Assembly (NCBI GenBank): GCA_002256025.1
Contig: NKIB01013918.1
Location: 1-49,913, forward strand
DNA from: Asterionella formosa
Lineage: Eukaryota
DNA length: 49,913 nt
Direction: 5' to 3'
Positions 21,764 through 32,890 of this stretch are shown one piece after another. Under the pieces are notes generated by a model, which worked only from the letters and a program-made list of their open reading frames with translations, was not told where the DNA came from and ran no database searches. The position numbers and the translations under genes were made by a program. Position 1 is the stretch's first letter. The number at the start of each line of letters is the position of its first letter.

Positions 21764-24571
21764 TTATATACAAGCTCCTGGGAAGTCTACTTCATCTTCA
21801 AAATTGCCATTTTCATCCTCAACGATGCCGCTAAGGACAAGTTTTGTCTTGGCGGTGTCTCCGCCTAATGAGTTGAAAAGCAAAAGATAATTCAACTTTC
21901 CGTTGGAATAGAGAAATTCATGTGGTAAGAAGTAGTATTGTTGCGAGTATTTTGTCGTGTCCCCTTTTGTGATGTTCCAAAAGCGACCAAGGTCATGCCC
22001 GTTCAACCAGATTCGCCCTCTTCCCGAACTGATATCCAGAAATAGGGATAGATCGGTATCATCAAAGCTAGGAGTGTCGAAGAGTGCTCGAGACCACGCA
22101 CAAGGGGCTGAAGAAAAATCTTCACCTTGGAGCCCACGTTCATGGCGAAGACCCAGTTTGGGTATTCCGTCTTTGTATTCACCGTGGAGACCAGGGAACG
22201 ATAACCATTCTCGGCCATCAACTAGTGCCCTGCTGAAAATTTGACCAGATTTTTCCCTTCCGACAATGAATACATTCCCAGTTATTCCCTTGGTCTTCGC
22301 TGTTGTACTGGCTCCCCACCTGCCGATCAAATTCCCATAGCCGAGGGATTCGGACAATAGTGACAGTGTGTGTTGACCATGAGAAAAATATTGCCTGATA
22401 TCCATTGTTAGATTAACATTGCCTTCGTTATGCAGGTGATGATCTACTGTGCCAAAGTAGTTTCCATTAATGAAAAACGACATGGCGCTTGCCATTTGGC
22501 ATTCCACAGAAATGTATAGGACTTGCGATGCTTCTGGTAGAAAGAAGTCGGTTGTGAACCATGCGAAATCGCTTGACATGCGGGATCGATGCATCAGTTC
22601 TGTTTGCTCTATCGGATGGTCTGCTAATACGCTGCGATTATCGTCGCGCGATGTGCCCACCAATTCAATCCAAGATGACCAATCGAGTAACAGGACCGGA
22701 TCCAGGAAAATGTCACGCTTGAAGGCCTTTGTTCGCGGGTCAACCGCTTGCGAATCAAAGAGGATCATGCCATCCATGAGCACCATTCCAGAGGAGGCTG
22801 CCATGACAAAGGTAGTCGAAGTATTTTTGACAATTATCCTGACAACCACAGATGAGTTGGCATCATTTTCAATAAAGGTGACCTCTTTTTTATTCTGAAG
22901 TTCCATATTAGTGGCTTTATTCGGCGTGACGTCATATGTAAACATTCGCTGATCTGTGCCCATTGCCCATTTCTTATCAACACCCAAGACTTCGATAGAC
23001 TTGCTACTACCCAAAGCAGTGGGTGCGGCCAGAAGAATGGGAGCAATGTCAATGATGGTCTGGTGAAAGGACTGCAAATGCCCAAATGTTGGCTGGCGTC
23101 TCTGACCCGACGAGCACAAACCACTTGCATCACTTGCGTACATGTTTGTAATGCCTGCAGCAGCTGAACGGCCACGATTGTAGAATCCCGCCCACATGTA
23201 GTAGTTCAAATGAGATCCTCCTCGAGCGAACCATTTTAGAGCATCACGCGTAACACTCCGGGCCGTGCGGCCCCAAAAATAGTCGGTTGGGTTTTCAGCA
23301 GATTCTCCCCAGATTTGGAAGCCAGCCTCGTCTTCTGTCCACAGCGCTGGCTGGTCTATTTGAATTCTTCCCGATTGTCCATGGGATTCGAGCCACTCAT
23401 CGCTGCAGCTTGCTTCGCCAAAACCATTGCAGGTATTGATAGTGTTGGGTGCTGTCAATCCATTGCACATTGTCCAAAGCACCTTTGGCGCATATTTAGC
23501 TGCTATTGTACCGGACCAATCAGCGTAGTCTTGCAGCGTCGAATTCCTCATTTGATTTACTGCTTGTTTGGTTTCTCTATTTCTGGAAGGAGGAATATCA
23601 TCCGACTCGTATCCGTCACTTGACTCTATCACAACTAGATGTTCTGTATCAGGGTTAGCATTTCCACCCAACTCATTTTCTATTTGTCCCATAAGTATTG
23701 GACCTCCCTGATGGGCCCACAGGTTATTTTCAGTCAGGTATTGAATTGCTGATTTGGTATAGGTCTCCATTACATCCATCCAGGGTTGATTGGGCCTCCT
23801 CATATTCATGTCAGGCTTGTTCAGAGGAATCCATTCTGGAATACCTCCATAACTATATTCTGCGCAAATGTAAGGTCCTATTCTGGCGTGAACAAAAAGC
23901 CCTCGATTTGCGGCTGCACGAATTGCACTTGCTAAAGTCCAACCACAAGGAGTCTCCATGACTTCGTTGCATGATCTAGGGCTTCCAGGAAGAGACCAAT
24001 CCATTTCCATGTCAGAAAAGGGTTGATGTACGGCCCAAACGACATATAAAGTTATCATGTTGAGCCCTTGTCGCACTGCTTCATCCAATGCGTTCTCCCA
24101 ACTTGATGGCGTGGCTCGTGCAGGGTGCATACTTCCAGACAGGAAAAGAACTCTAGTCCCATTCAAAAGAAGGGCACGTTCGTCGTATGTCACAGAAATT
24201 GGTCCATGCGGAGCATAGTTCCAAAACGATGGAAATGCGGGTCGGTCCTCTGCCACTCGGATCATTTCCCGCTCAAAACAGGGCTGGTTATTACAAAGTA
24301 GTTCCCATTCGTCACTGGAGGTTTGAGGCCTGCGAACGTGTTTAGTGCTCCATTGTATGCTCAAAGTGGGATGCTCCACGAGAAGGATGATGCCAAGTAA
24401 TAGCGCAAGGGATAAAACACAGAATTTACATCTGATTCGCGGGGCCTCCTCTTCGGCCACTACTTCAATTCTTCCGCCGGGTCCGATCGAGCCTTTGAGC
24501 CTTCGTCCAGTGAAAAGAAGGGGTAGGCCCTCATGGACAAGCATTGGTGACAATCGTGGGCGTGGGGTCAT
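21764..24571 (-). CDS. Glycoside hydrolase family 35 beta-galactosidase with N-terminal membrane anchor
   Basis: 'FLSGSMHPAR', 'RIGPYICAEYSYGGIPEW', 'QGGPILMGQIENE' (acid/base), 'PALWTED' (nucleophile), 'NYYMW' and 'GRIWLNGHDLGRFW'. Hydrophobic segment at aa ~50-65. Confidence 0.93.
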   Translation of the reverse strand: MTPRPRLSPMLVHEGLPLLFTGRRLKGSIGPGGRIEVVAEEEAPRIRCKFCVLSLALLLGIILLVEHPTLSIQWSTKHVRRPQTSSDEWELLCNNQPCFEREMIRVAEDRPAFPSFWNYAPHGPISVTYDERALLLNGTRVLFLSGSMHPARATPSSWENALDEAVRQGLNMITLYVVWAVHQPFSDMEMDWSLPGSPRSCNEVMETPCGWTLASAIRAAANRGLFVHARIGPYICAEYSYGGIPEWIPLNKPDMNMRRPNQPWMDVMETYTKSAIQYLTENNLWAHQGGPILMGQIENELGGNANPDTEHLVVIESSDGYESDDIPPSRNRETKQAVNQMRNSTLQDYADWSGTIAAKYAPKVLWTMCNGLTAPNTINTCNGFGEASCSDEWLESHGQSGRIQIDQPALWTEDEAGFQIWGESAENPTDYFWGRTARSVTRDALKWFARGGSHLNYYMWAGFYNRGRSAAAGITNMYASDASGLCSSGQRRQPTFGHLQSFHQTIIDIAPILLAAPTALGSSKSIEVLGVDKKWAMGTDQRMFTYDVTPNKATNMELQNKKEVTFIENDANSSVVVRIIVKNTSTTFVMAASSGMVLMDGMILFDSQAVDPRTKAFKRDIFLDPVLLLDWSSWIELVGTSRDDNRSVLADHPIEQTELMHRSRMSSDFAWFTTDFFLPEASQVLYISVECQMASAMSFFINGNYFGTVDHHLHNEGNVNLTMDIRQYFSHGQHTLSLLSESLGYGNLIGRWGASTTAKTKGITGNVFIVGREKSGQIFSRALVDGREWLSFPGLHGEYKDGIPKLGLRHERGLQGEDFSSAPCAWSRALFDTPSFDDTDLSLFLDISSGRGRIWLNGHDLGRFWNITKGDTTKYSQQYYFLPHEFLYSNGKLNYLLLFNSLGGDTAKTKLVLSGIVEDENGNFEDEVDFPGACI

Positions 24572-25780
24572 CTTTGGACTCCCAAAATGAGAAAATCCAA
24601 GTATGAATGTTGATTATGCAACCGGTAGGAGAATAGAATCCATTTTTGCATAGAACAAAATGCTGCACTGAAAAGTCTATAGAAGCCTTGTGAGTTTGTC
24701 GAGTCATCACACATCGACCTGTTGCTGTCACTGAACCCATAGCGGTCGACGAGGAGGGAATACCGTATGATGTGTCTCTCGGCCCGCCGGTATTCTTGTT
24801 GACACCTCTGACACCTTTACCCGGTATTGGCTATGATTGGCTGATTGGCCGCAGCGTCAAATATGTACTGTCGTTACTTACAAACTTGTTATTTAACCAA
24901 TGTGTGGTATACATGAACGTACCGCCCCCCCCCGTGGAACGAGCGGTAAAAGAAGGTTTTGTTCTGAAAGGAATATAATGCATGCTCACTAACGCTACAT
25001 ATCTATCGGTACATGATGTGTAGCAGGCGGGACGAGACTTTCGGGATCATGCCTGATGGTTATACTATTTACACCCGTGCTTGGGACCTTCTTTATACAT
25101 TGTCTATATTCTATAAAGCAATACATACCGGTATTTTCTTTCCTATTCTTTGTCTCAATTTGAAATTCCTTACCCTATAAAGCTATCCACAAATGTAATA
25201 GCAGTACTGGGATTATACATACTTTGTATACCAGTTCGAACAAAATACAACTGTCTTTCTACATGGGCAACTGTCAAATGTAGATGCTAAGTTGTGGCTC
25301 CCTCATTTGCTATGAGCTGCTAATTGAACTAGAAATTGACCTACAATCAATTCAACTACAATTATTTCAGATCAGTTTGATCTTGGATCTTGGTCTAGAC
25401 TTTCATATAGATAATCAAGTAATGCCTAAGCTGAGTATTACATGAAGATGCTTCACATAAATAAGCCTAGTTAATTTTGAATGAATCACAAATTATTTGA
25501 AAACATCAAAATGTATAATTGAATGTATCAATAATTATCTGTATACATCAAGTTAATTTTTTGATCAGAGTATCACACATGCAATTCCTGATCATCACTA
25601 TTTTATATGATCACCTTCATATAATATTTGAAATGCTTCACGTAATTCTAAATTTTGTTCACGTAATTTTCATAAAATACTTCATGTAGTTTTTTGAAGG
25701 ACATTAAACTAATTTTCTGAATGGAGTTCGACTTATTTAAGAATTCTATCAAATACTGTAGTAGTTGACTAATTCAATTT

Positions 25781-26233
25781 TAGAATTTTACATTGACAAT
25801 GAGCATGTGATGGTTTACACTGTTGCGTCAATTTGGTGCATGAGGATGGCCAAATCTCCTTTCTGTGTAACTTAGTCATTTCCTGGGAGATTCATACATC
25901 ATATCTTGGCATATGTTATGAACAACAACAGAAGAAACTTGGAACATGTTGGTTAATTGGTGAGGGATGACGAATGAATAATATTTACAAAAATTAGATT
26001 TAAGAATTTTACATTGACAATCAGCATTTCTTTAAGCCGAGCAATGATGTATGCAGTTGCGTCAATTTGGTGCATGAGTATGGCCTAATCTTCTCTCTAT
26101 GTCTCTTTGTCATTTCCCGGGCGATTCATATATTTCTTGGTAAATGTTAGAGATAACAGGAGAAAGTTGGAACACACAGTTTTTCTGGTGAGGGATGACA
26201 AATGAATGATATTTGCGAAAATTAAATTTAGAA
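25781..26233. repeat. Diverged tandem duplication, two units of ~220-230 bp
   Basis: Shared blocks AGAATTTTACATTGACAAT, GTTGCGTCAATTTGGTGCATGAG and TGGTGAGGGATGAC recur in the same order at 25781-26000 and 26001-26233. Confidence 0.85.
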
Positions 26234-26827
26234 CTCGTCTAGGTTTGATTGCCCAGATATCATACTAGAGCAATTCCTCCACTATAAAAAATGCATAAAA
26301 TAAAAATAATTTACTTAGCTACATCACTGGCAACTCCAATGAAAATGATGTTCTGTGAATAGTTCATCACATAGAACATTCTCCTTCAAAATGTTTCAAC
26401 CCATTTTTTCCTCAATAAGATCAAATATTTTTTCACCAGAAATTGTGTCTCTCCAGTTAGATACCATTTTATAATATTGACGACCATTGGCAAATTGATA
26501 GAATGTGTATGTAGACTTTGTATACAACATGTATGTAATACATACAGGTATTTTGCATCCTCAATTAAACAAGATTAATGAGTGCGAAAGGCCAATTTTA
26601 TGGCGGGGACTAAGGGATGATGCTGAAGTACATATGCGGTATTGAAGGAATGACTAATACATTGTCAAATTTGATGTGCAAGTCTCCATGAAACAAAGGC
26701 AATCCAGAAAAACTTCTCCAGAAATCTATAGCCTTATCTACCAGTCTAACTATTGTGGTTATTCATTCCATGCACAAATCGTACCATGATGTATTCGAAT
26801 AACTGCGATTGAAATAACCCAGCACGC

Positions 26828-27663
26828 CTAAAAGGAAACGGCAACCATGGCTGCTCTGATCAGTTTGTCCTCAAATTTGTATCCTTTTTGCAATTCCTCG
26901 CAAACGATGCCCTCCCCAAAATCAGATGGCTTTTGCAGCACAGCTTGGTGAACTTCATAATCGAATTCGGTACCAACTGTTTCAATCTCTTTGATCCCTA
27001 GCTCTTCAAAGGTTGCCAAGATATGGGCATACGCCTTCTTGAAATCAGCTTCAATTTCCTTCTCCCCATCAGTCTCAGGAACGACATTTGAAAATGCTCG
27101 ATTGCAATTATCAATAACTTCTAGCATTCTTCTTGCAACCTGAATTGTAGCATCAGCGTTTCCCTGAGAACTCTTCGTCTTGAATCGATCTTGCATGGTT
27201 CCATACTGTTGGATTAGTAGGTGAAAAAGGATAACGATGTAAGCGCTGGTTGAATAGCAATATTCAGAGTATCATGCTTACAGTTCCCCGGCCATAGTGG
27301 ATGCTCCAATCGATTCACATCACTTGATTGCCGCTAACGTACCTCCTTTTCGAGATCATCCAACTGTTTACCCCATTCGGCTTTTCCTTCTTCGAGACTA
27401 GCAATGGCCGCTGCCAACTCTTCCTCTGCCTTCGCCATATCCGACTTGATGACTTCCAGCTTTCGGTTCAAGAAAGCTGGAGAATTCAGGATATCATCGG
27501 CGCCAGCAGCGGTGCTTTCTTTAGCGTCGTCTGCGAAGAGACACGTGGAAGTTGATCTTGCCACCACGGGTCGGAACGCGATGGAAGACCTCCCCACGGA
27601 GAAACCATGTACAGCAACTCCAATGCAAAAGGGAAGAGCAACAATCAAGCGTGGAGTAATCAT
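26828..27663 (-). CDS. grpE: GrpE nucleotide exchange factor, plastid-targeted; exons 27663-27343 and 27205-26828
   Basis: 'LEVIDNCNRA', 'GTEFDYEVHQAV', 'ELQKGY..DKLIRAAMVAVS'. Phase-0 intron 27342-27206 (GTACGT...ACAG, 137 nt). Signal peptide ends VHG|FSV and is followed by a Ser/Arg-rich transit peptide. Confidence 0.92.
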
Positions 27664-28748
27664 GGTAAAGGGAATGTAAGGATTGTGTTGTCTCCTGAAC
27701 TATAAAATCGGTATGATAGAGCAATATGAATGATTCGGATGCAACCACCAAGAAGTGAACTCACCCCAATCCAATGGAGCTGGATGATGGTGATGCTGTT
27801 GCGAGCTGCGGAATCAAGAAGTAAAAAGAGATTCGAAAGAGTGCTGACGTCAGATTTGCAGTCCGCTAATGGTTCACAGCTCAGATACCGGTTTGTGAAT
27901 ATTCCGGGCGTATGTACCGGTATATAAAAAGGACCATCCAGGTATTGGTGTACTGAACAGTTTACCGGGTGGAGCACCATGGTTGTTAACATTGATAAAG
28001 AATATGGAATCCAACGAGTCAAGGATCGTCATTTTTAGTGATTTGAAACCAAGATATGCAATACTCATTGTCAAATGAATTGGAATGCTTACTTAAAAAA
28101 ATGTCAATTAAATTTTATAGCACGTTAAAGATATCCAATAATTGCACTCATGCCCACTTGAATGGAAATAATTAGTACCTTTTGTCAAATGAATATACTC
28201 ACTTATTGTCAAAGTAAACAAAATCATATTGATGTGATCAAGGAAAGTGTGATGTCTTGTTCAGGATTACTTGAGTAATCAGGCAAGAACAAAACTAGAT
28301 AGACTATTAGCAGATAGCTCACAATAATACAAAGTGCAAAGTGAAAATAAATTTTCAGCTTTAGTGATCTTAAAAGTAAGATCAGTGATTTTTCAACAAG
28401 ACAATTTAACATACCATCACCTTCCCTTAGTTCTTCAACATAATGTAGATTTTCATGTATGATATGGAGTATTAGTTTGCAATGCAACAAAAAGATACAA
28501 TGGGGGTTGTGATGTTGACCGCTGATAAACTAGACTGCCCCTCCCTGTCCACCAGATAGACAGGTACCAGAAGTGCACTTCTAGTCTACCAGGTGGTCAA
28601 GACTTCAACTATCATCTACCTGTACTGGTATACAATAGAGGAGAGTCAAAGGCCAGTTTGCTTTTTTAAACCAATAGCGAAATTTAGTCTTTAATTTTGC
28701 ATCACACACAGGTGCATCACTACTGATATATGTGTTACCATGAACACT

Positions 28749-29783
28749 TTAGAAAGGCAGAGCCTTTCCAGCCCAGTCATAAAGTCCTCCAGAGTGCTCC
28801 TCCTGCATTGAGTCAATCACATCCAACAATCTGTTCACTGTAAAATTGACTGGGAAAAGCCTACCTTCCTGTACATTACCCTGAAATGGCTTGCTCAGAT
28901 CTGTATCTGTCGTTCCAGGGTGAAGTGCCACAGTCCATGTTCCCTGACGCTTTAACTCGTGTGCCATGGTCCGTGTTGCCTGGTTTAGTGCAGATTTAGA
29001 CATCCGATAAGATATCCAACCTCCAAGTTCATTGTCGGCTATGCTTCCCACACGCGCGCTGAGACTAGCAATAATTGCGATTGGACGTTGAGCTTGCCCT
29101 TCGTTTACTTTTCCGCGTATCTTGCTCTTCATTAAGGGTGCAAGCTCCTTGCTAAGCATTAACGGGCCTATGACATTTACAGCCATAGTTTCTTCGACCC
29201 AGCTACGATCCAACTTGGAGATGGATCTCTCCGGCCCTGGTGTAGTTAAACCATCACCAAGAATGCCAGCCACGTTGAACAAGATATCAACTCTGTGAAA
29301 CTTGTCTCTGATTGTGGCAGCTGCAGATTCGATGGTATCTTGTTTCTCCAAATCCAAGACAACTTTACAAATCCGTTTCGCATCGATCTCTGGCAAAGAA
29401 ACGATGTATTCATTAAGTCCTATGGCAGAGTCAGGCAATCGACAGCAAGCCACGATCGTTCCTTTTGTCCGTTCCATCAGACTCCTGACAAATTGGACCC
29501 CGATGCCCCGAGATGCGCCACTTACGACGTAAACAGCATTCGAGTCGCCATTTCGTTTGGTTGCTTCCGAGCCCGGGTCGTTACCTTTGGCAAAGTCAAT
29601 GTTGGGATAGACCGGGATTCCTTTGGAAGCTGGTGGGTCCGGAGGGTTGAACGACAGCGAGGCCAAGAGCCTGGTCGATGACGAAACTGCATGTGGAATA
29701 CTCGGGATCTGATGTTGACCGCCACACCATGGCACTACAAGAGCCACGCAGTATTTATTTACAACACTTCTTATGAAGATCAT
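28749..29783 (-). CDS. Short-chain dehydrogenase/reductase, C-factor (CsgA)-like
   Basis: 'VSGASRGIG', 'NVAGIL', 'SARVGSIADNELGGWISYRMSK' (YxxxK) and 'LHPGTTDTDLSKPF'. The N-terminal extension may be a targeting peptide. Confidence 0.9.
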   Translation of the reverse strand: MIFIRSVVNKYCVALVVPWCGGQHQIPSIPHAVSSSTRLLASLSFNPPDPPASKGIPVYPNIDFAKGNDPGSEATKRNGDSNAVYVVSGASRGIGVQFVRSLMERTKGTIVACCRLPDSAIGLNEYIVSLPEIDAKRICKVVLDLEKQDTIESAAATIRDKFHRVDILFNVAGILGDGLTTPGPERSISKLDRSWVEETMAVNVIGPLMLSKELAPLMKSKIRGKVNEGQAQRPIAIIASLSARVGSIADNELGGWISYRMSKSALNQATRTMAHELKRQGTWTVALHPGTTDTDLSKPFQGNVQEGRLFPVNFTVNRLLDVIDSMQEEHSGGLYDWAGKALPF

Positions 29784-30794
29784 GGCTGTACGCGATCACA
29801 ATCGCTGTAACGATGTATCTGTGATTAGGAACGCAATCTTCGCTGTACTACAAGGATTCATTGGTAAGCGCAGCAGGAGGAATGTTAGCAATTCTCGTCG
29901 CTCGCTCCTCGTTTATTACAAAAAAATTCTTCGCTTTTTGGGCGCCTGGCTTCACAAGACGCACACCAGCACAAACCAACGTCAGCGCCATCATCATCAG
30001 TGAGGCAAAATATCAGCGACATTTACCCGGTAGTCATCACTCCGATCGACGAAGAATGAAAAGGGCGACGAAGACTCCCACTCCACAGCAAAGCCAATTG
30101 AACTCCTCTGCATGAGTAACAATGTTGTCATGCATGTACGCAAAGCGAGGAATTGGCCAACTACGACCGTACACCCTGCTGGGACGACCTAGAGTTTATG
30201 TCGAACGAGTCGAGTGTAGCTGGCACTCCCTGTGTTCCAGTATTGTTGCAAGTGAACCTTTGGTCACTGATGCCTCTCATGAAGAACAACCCCAATGGTT
30301 CTCTGGCTATAATAACAGCCCCTCCTATTATTATTCTGAACCGAATGGAGTATACAATTTATGTTCTAAGTAGTCCAGAATTAGGTGGTGAACATGACCT
30401 CAATTTTTTGGCGAATTTTTTGTAAAATTGTGCCCCGATTGGAATGTTTGCTCTGGACCCCCTGTTTTTCATTGACCCTTTGTCAGTCAATAGAATTTAA
30501 CACCAGAACAGCAACAATACATCGTCAATTGCTTTCTTCGCAACCTCTAAAGGGATGATGATGGAAATGATGAAATGGACGGCCAGCTCACAGTAAATCT
30601 GGGTATTCACCTTTGTTTAGCTAAAAAAAATCAATTTCAGTAGAATCACAATTTATTGTTTCTGGAAGCTCGCGCACAAATCGTTCACAAATGGAGATAG
30701 TGAATCCTACCAGTCACTGTCCCAGAAATATAAGAGTGGGAGAGGTAAAAAATACTCACCCACTGATACTACTACTATTATAACAGCCATTAAG

Positions 30795-31255
30795 TTGATA
30801 CCTCACCATCAGCAACAAACTTACTGTGCATTGAGAAAGCAGCTTGGAAGACTCCTTGTTACTATTACATTCTTCTGTTACATCGATTCAAATGAGATAA
30901 AGGTAATCCAGCCTCACACTAATGCAAGAATCAAACCATCACTAAAACCTCACAATGCTTTGAATCATGTGTTTATGCTCTCAATTGTTTGCAATTGAAC
31001 CACCCTGATCAGGTGAATCATGAACCGTTCAATCCCGGAAAATTTGGTTTCTATGATCACTTCTATCGCAATATCCATACAGACATGAAATAATTCTTTG
31101 TATCAAAGGCTTCTCAGAAGATATATCCAGGAGCTCAACAAGACAAGGTGCCACCAGAAAGGAATGTTCGTTACAAGAGTCTCATATTTAAAAAGTCATG
31201 TTTCTAAGTGCTGTGGCAAGACCAAGATACCACGCTTCTACCGGGGAGATGATAT
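30795..31255 (+). mobile_element. Mariner-like (DD39D, plant/oomycete-type) transposase remnant
   Basis: Broken frames give 'PHTNARIKPSLKPHN', 'FYRNIHTDMK*FFVSK' (cf. VHIDEKWF) and 'KVMFLSAVARPRY' (cf. KVMFLxAVARPR). Contains a stop and frameshifts, and is truncated by the downstream satellite. Confidence 0.75.
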
Positions 31256-31258
31256 TGT

Positions 31259-32214
31259 GTAAGGCTTTTGATGATTTCCACGCATCCCAATCAGATCCAA
31301 ACAGACCGTTTCCATCCCACCATCATACCGTCATAGTACAACGCACTAAACAACAAGCAGATGAAATAACCACAGGAACTGACTAGAAACTCATGGAGAT
31401 AGACCAAAATGACTGAAATCCACCTAGCTAACAGCATCATTAAATTGAGTACGGTTTCTGATGATTTCCACACATCCAAATCAGATCCAAACAGACCGTT
31501 TCCATCCCACTGCCCCTACACAGTACATACTGACGAACAACAAGCATATGAGGAAATAACCACAACAGCTAACAAGAAACTCATGAAGATTGACCAAAAT
31601 GACAGGGGGCGGCGGCGCAAACTCCATCCAACAACATGATCATTTAATTGAGTAAGGCTTTTGACAATGTCCCTGCAATCAAATCAGATCCATAAGACTA
31701 TTTCCGTCACACCGTACTTAACCAGAATGCAGAGAAAGACAAGCAGATGAAAAACCACAAGAAGTGAAAAGGAACTCATGGAGATTAAACCAAATGACCG
31801 AAATTCATCAATGAGCATCATTAGAATGAGTAAGGCTTTTGACAATGTCCTCGCATCCTAATCAGATCTGAAAAGATCATTTCCATCCCAAATTGCCTAC
31901 ACAGTATATATATTTAAATGAAATTTTATAGGACGTTAAATTTAAACATCTAATCGCACTTGGGCCTGTGAGACACGAGATGAGACTTTAGTCCCGCCTG
32001 GTTCTGAACCACACCCGAGGCCGACAGCCCTCAAGTCTTTCAATCTGATATGCTAGGCGGAGCCGAGCTCCGTCTCCCAGGGTAATTCCACCTTCCCGAA
32101 AATTGCCTACACAGTATATACTGAAGAACAAATAGATGAGGAAAGAACCACAAGAATTGACAAGAAACTCACGGGGCTTCATCAAAATCCATCAAGCAGC
32201 ATTATTCAGTTGAG
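31259..32214. repeat. Diverged tandem array, four units of ~175-205 bp
   Basis: Units start at 31259, 31449, 31652 and 31830 (GTAAGGCTTTTGA...AATCAGATC...TTTCC...AACCACA...AACTCA). The fourth unit is interrupted by an insertion. Confidence 0.85.
31890..32120 (-). mobile_element. 189-bp insertion with 21-bp target-site duplication; probable 5'-truncated non-LTR retroelement
   Basis: AAATTGCCTACACAGTATATA occurs at 31890-31910 and 32100-32120. On the minus strand the insert has an ORF end (...RPRVWFRTRRD*), a ~80-nt trailer and an AT-rich tail. Confidence 0.7.
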
Positions 32215-32890
32215 AAGTGCACAAAAAGTTTTTAGGAAAGACACAATGAAACAGAAAAAATCCAGAGTCTTGGCCTACCTGCAACACAAGAGTTATACAT
32301 GGACTTGACTACAAACACTGATGGCAAACCATTTTTTACAAATTCCTGCATGAGGGAGTGACCTCATCTATGAAAAAATCCTGTAGCTAAGCTAGTACTA
32401 ATACACTATAGAAATTAATGATGTATAGATGTAGATTAAAAGCTTTTTGGATGGCACACATTAGGGCAATAGAGCTGGAGAAAATTGTAGGAGTCAAAAT
32501 TGCCCTGCAGAAATTTTTGCACAATTGTTTTAGACCAGTAGGAGTACCAGAACTATCTGTTATTACCTGTAGTCTATGTCAGGATTGTTTAATAATAAAT
32601 ATGCAGAACAGGAAATCAGGAAGTTTTGACATTACTCTTAAACAAGACCATGGCCATCATTCCACGTAAAAATGCCATGACCTTGTCACACATCTCCTGA
32701 TTTAACAATGCTGACACTTGGAGCCACAATGCAAATGTAGACAATTTTACCCATTTGTTAAGAAACAGTTGATGGATTGCCCTTGTGGCTTGCATCAACT
32801 GTCATACCTTACCCTTCCCCCTCTACACATACCATCCTGCATGGAAACACCCTGAAATGTAGTTTCCTGCGAAGAAAAACAACACAAAAC

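Noticed and set aside
11274..24590. Numerous 60-180 aa antisense/alternate-frame ORFs overlapping DNA2, Obg and GH35
   Set aside because: Shadow ORFs of long coding regions with no recognisable motifs.
27197..27342. Two separate small ORFs at 26828-27196 and 27334-27663
   Set aside because: They join through a phase-0 intron into a single GrpE.
31259..32214. CRISPR-like or coding repeat array
   Set aside because: Whole units are homologous with indels and stops; there is no repeat-spacer structure and no maintained reading frame.
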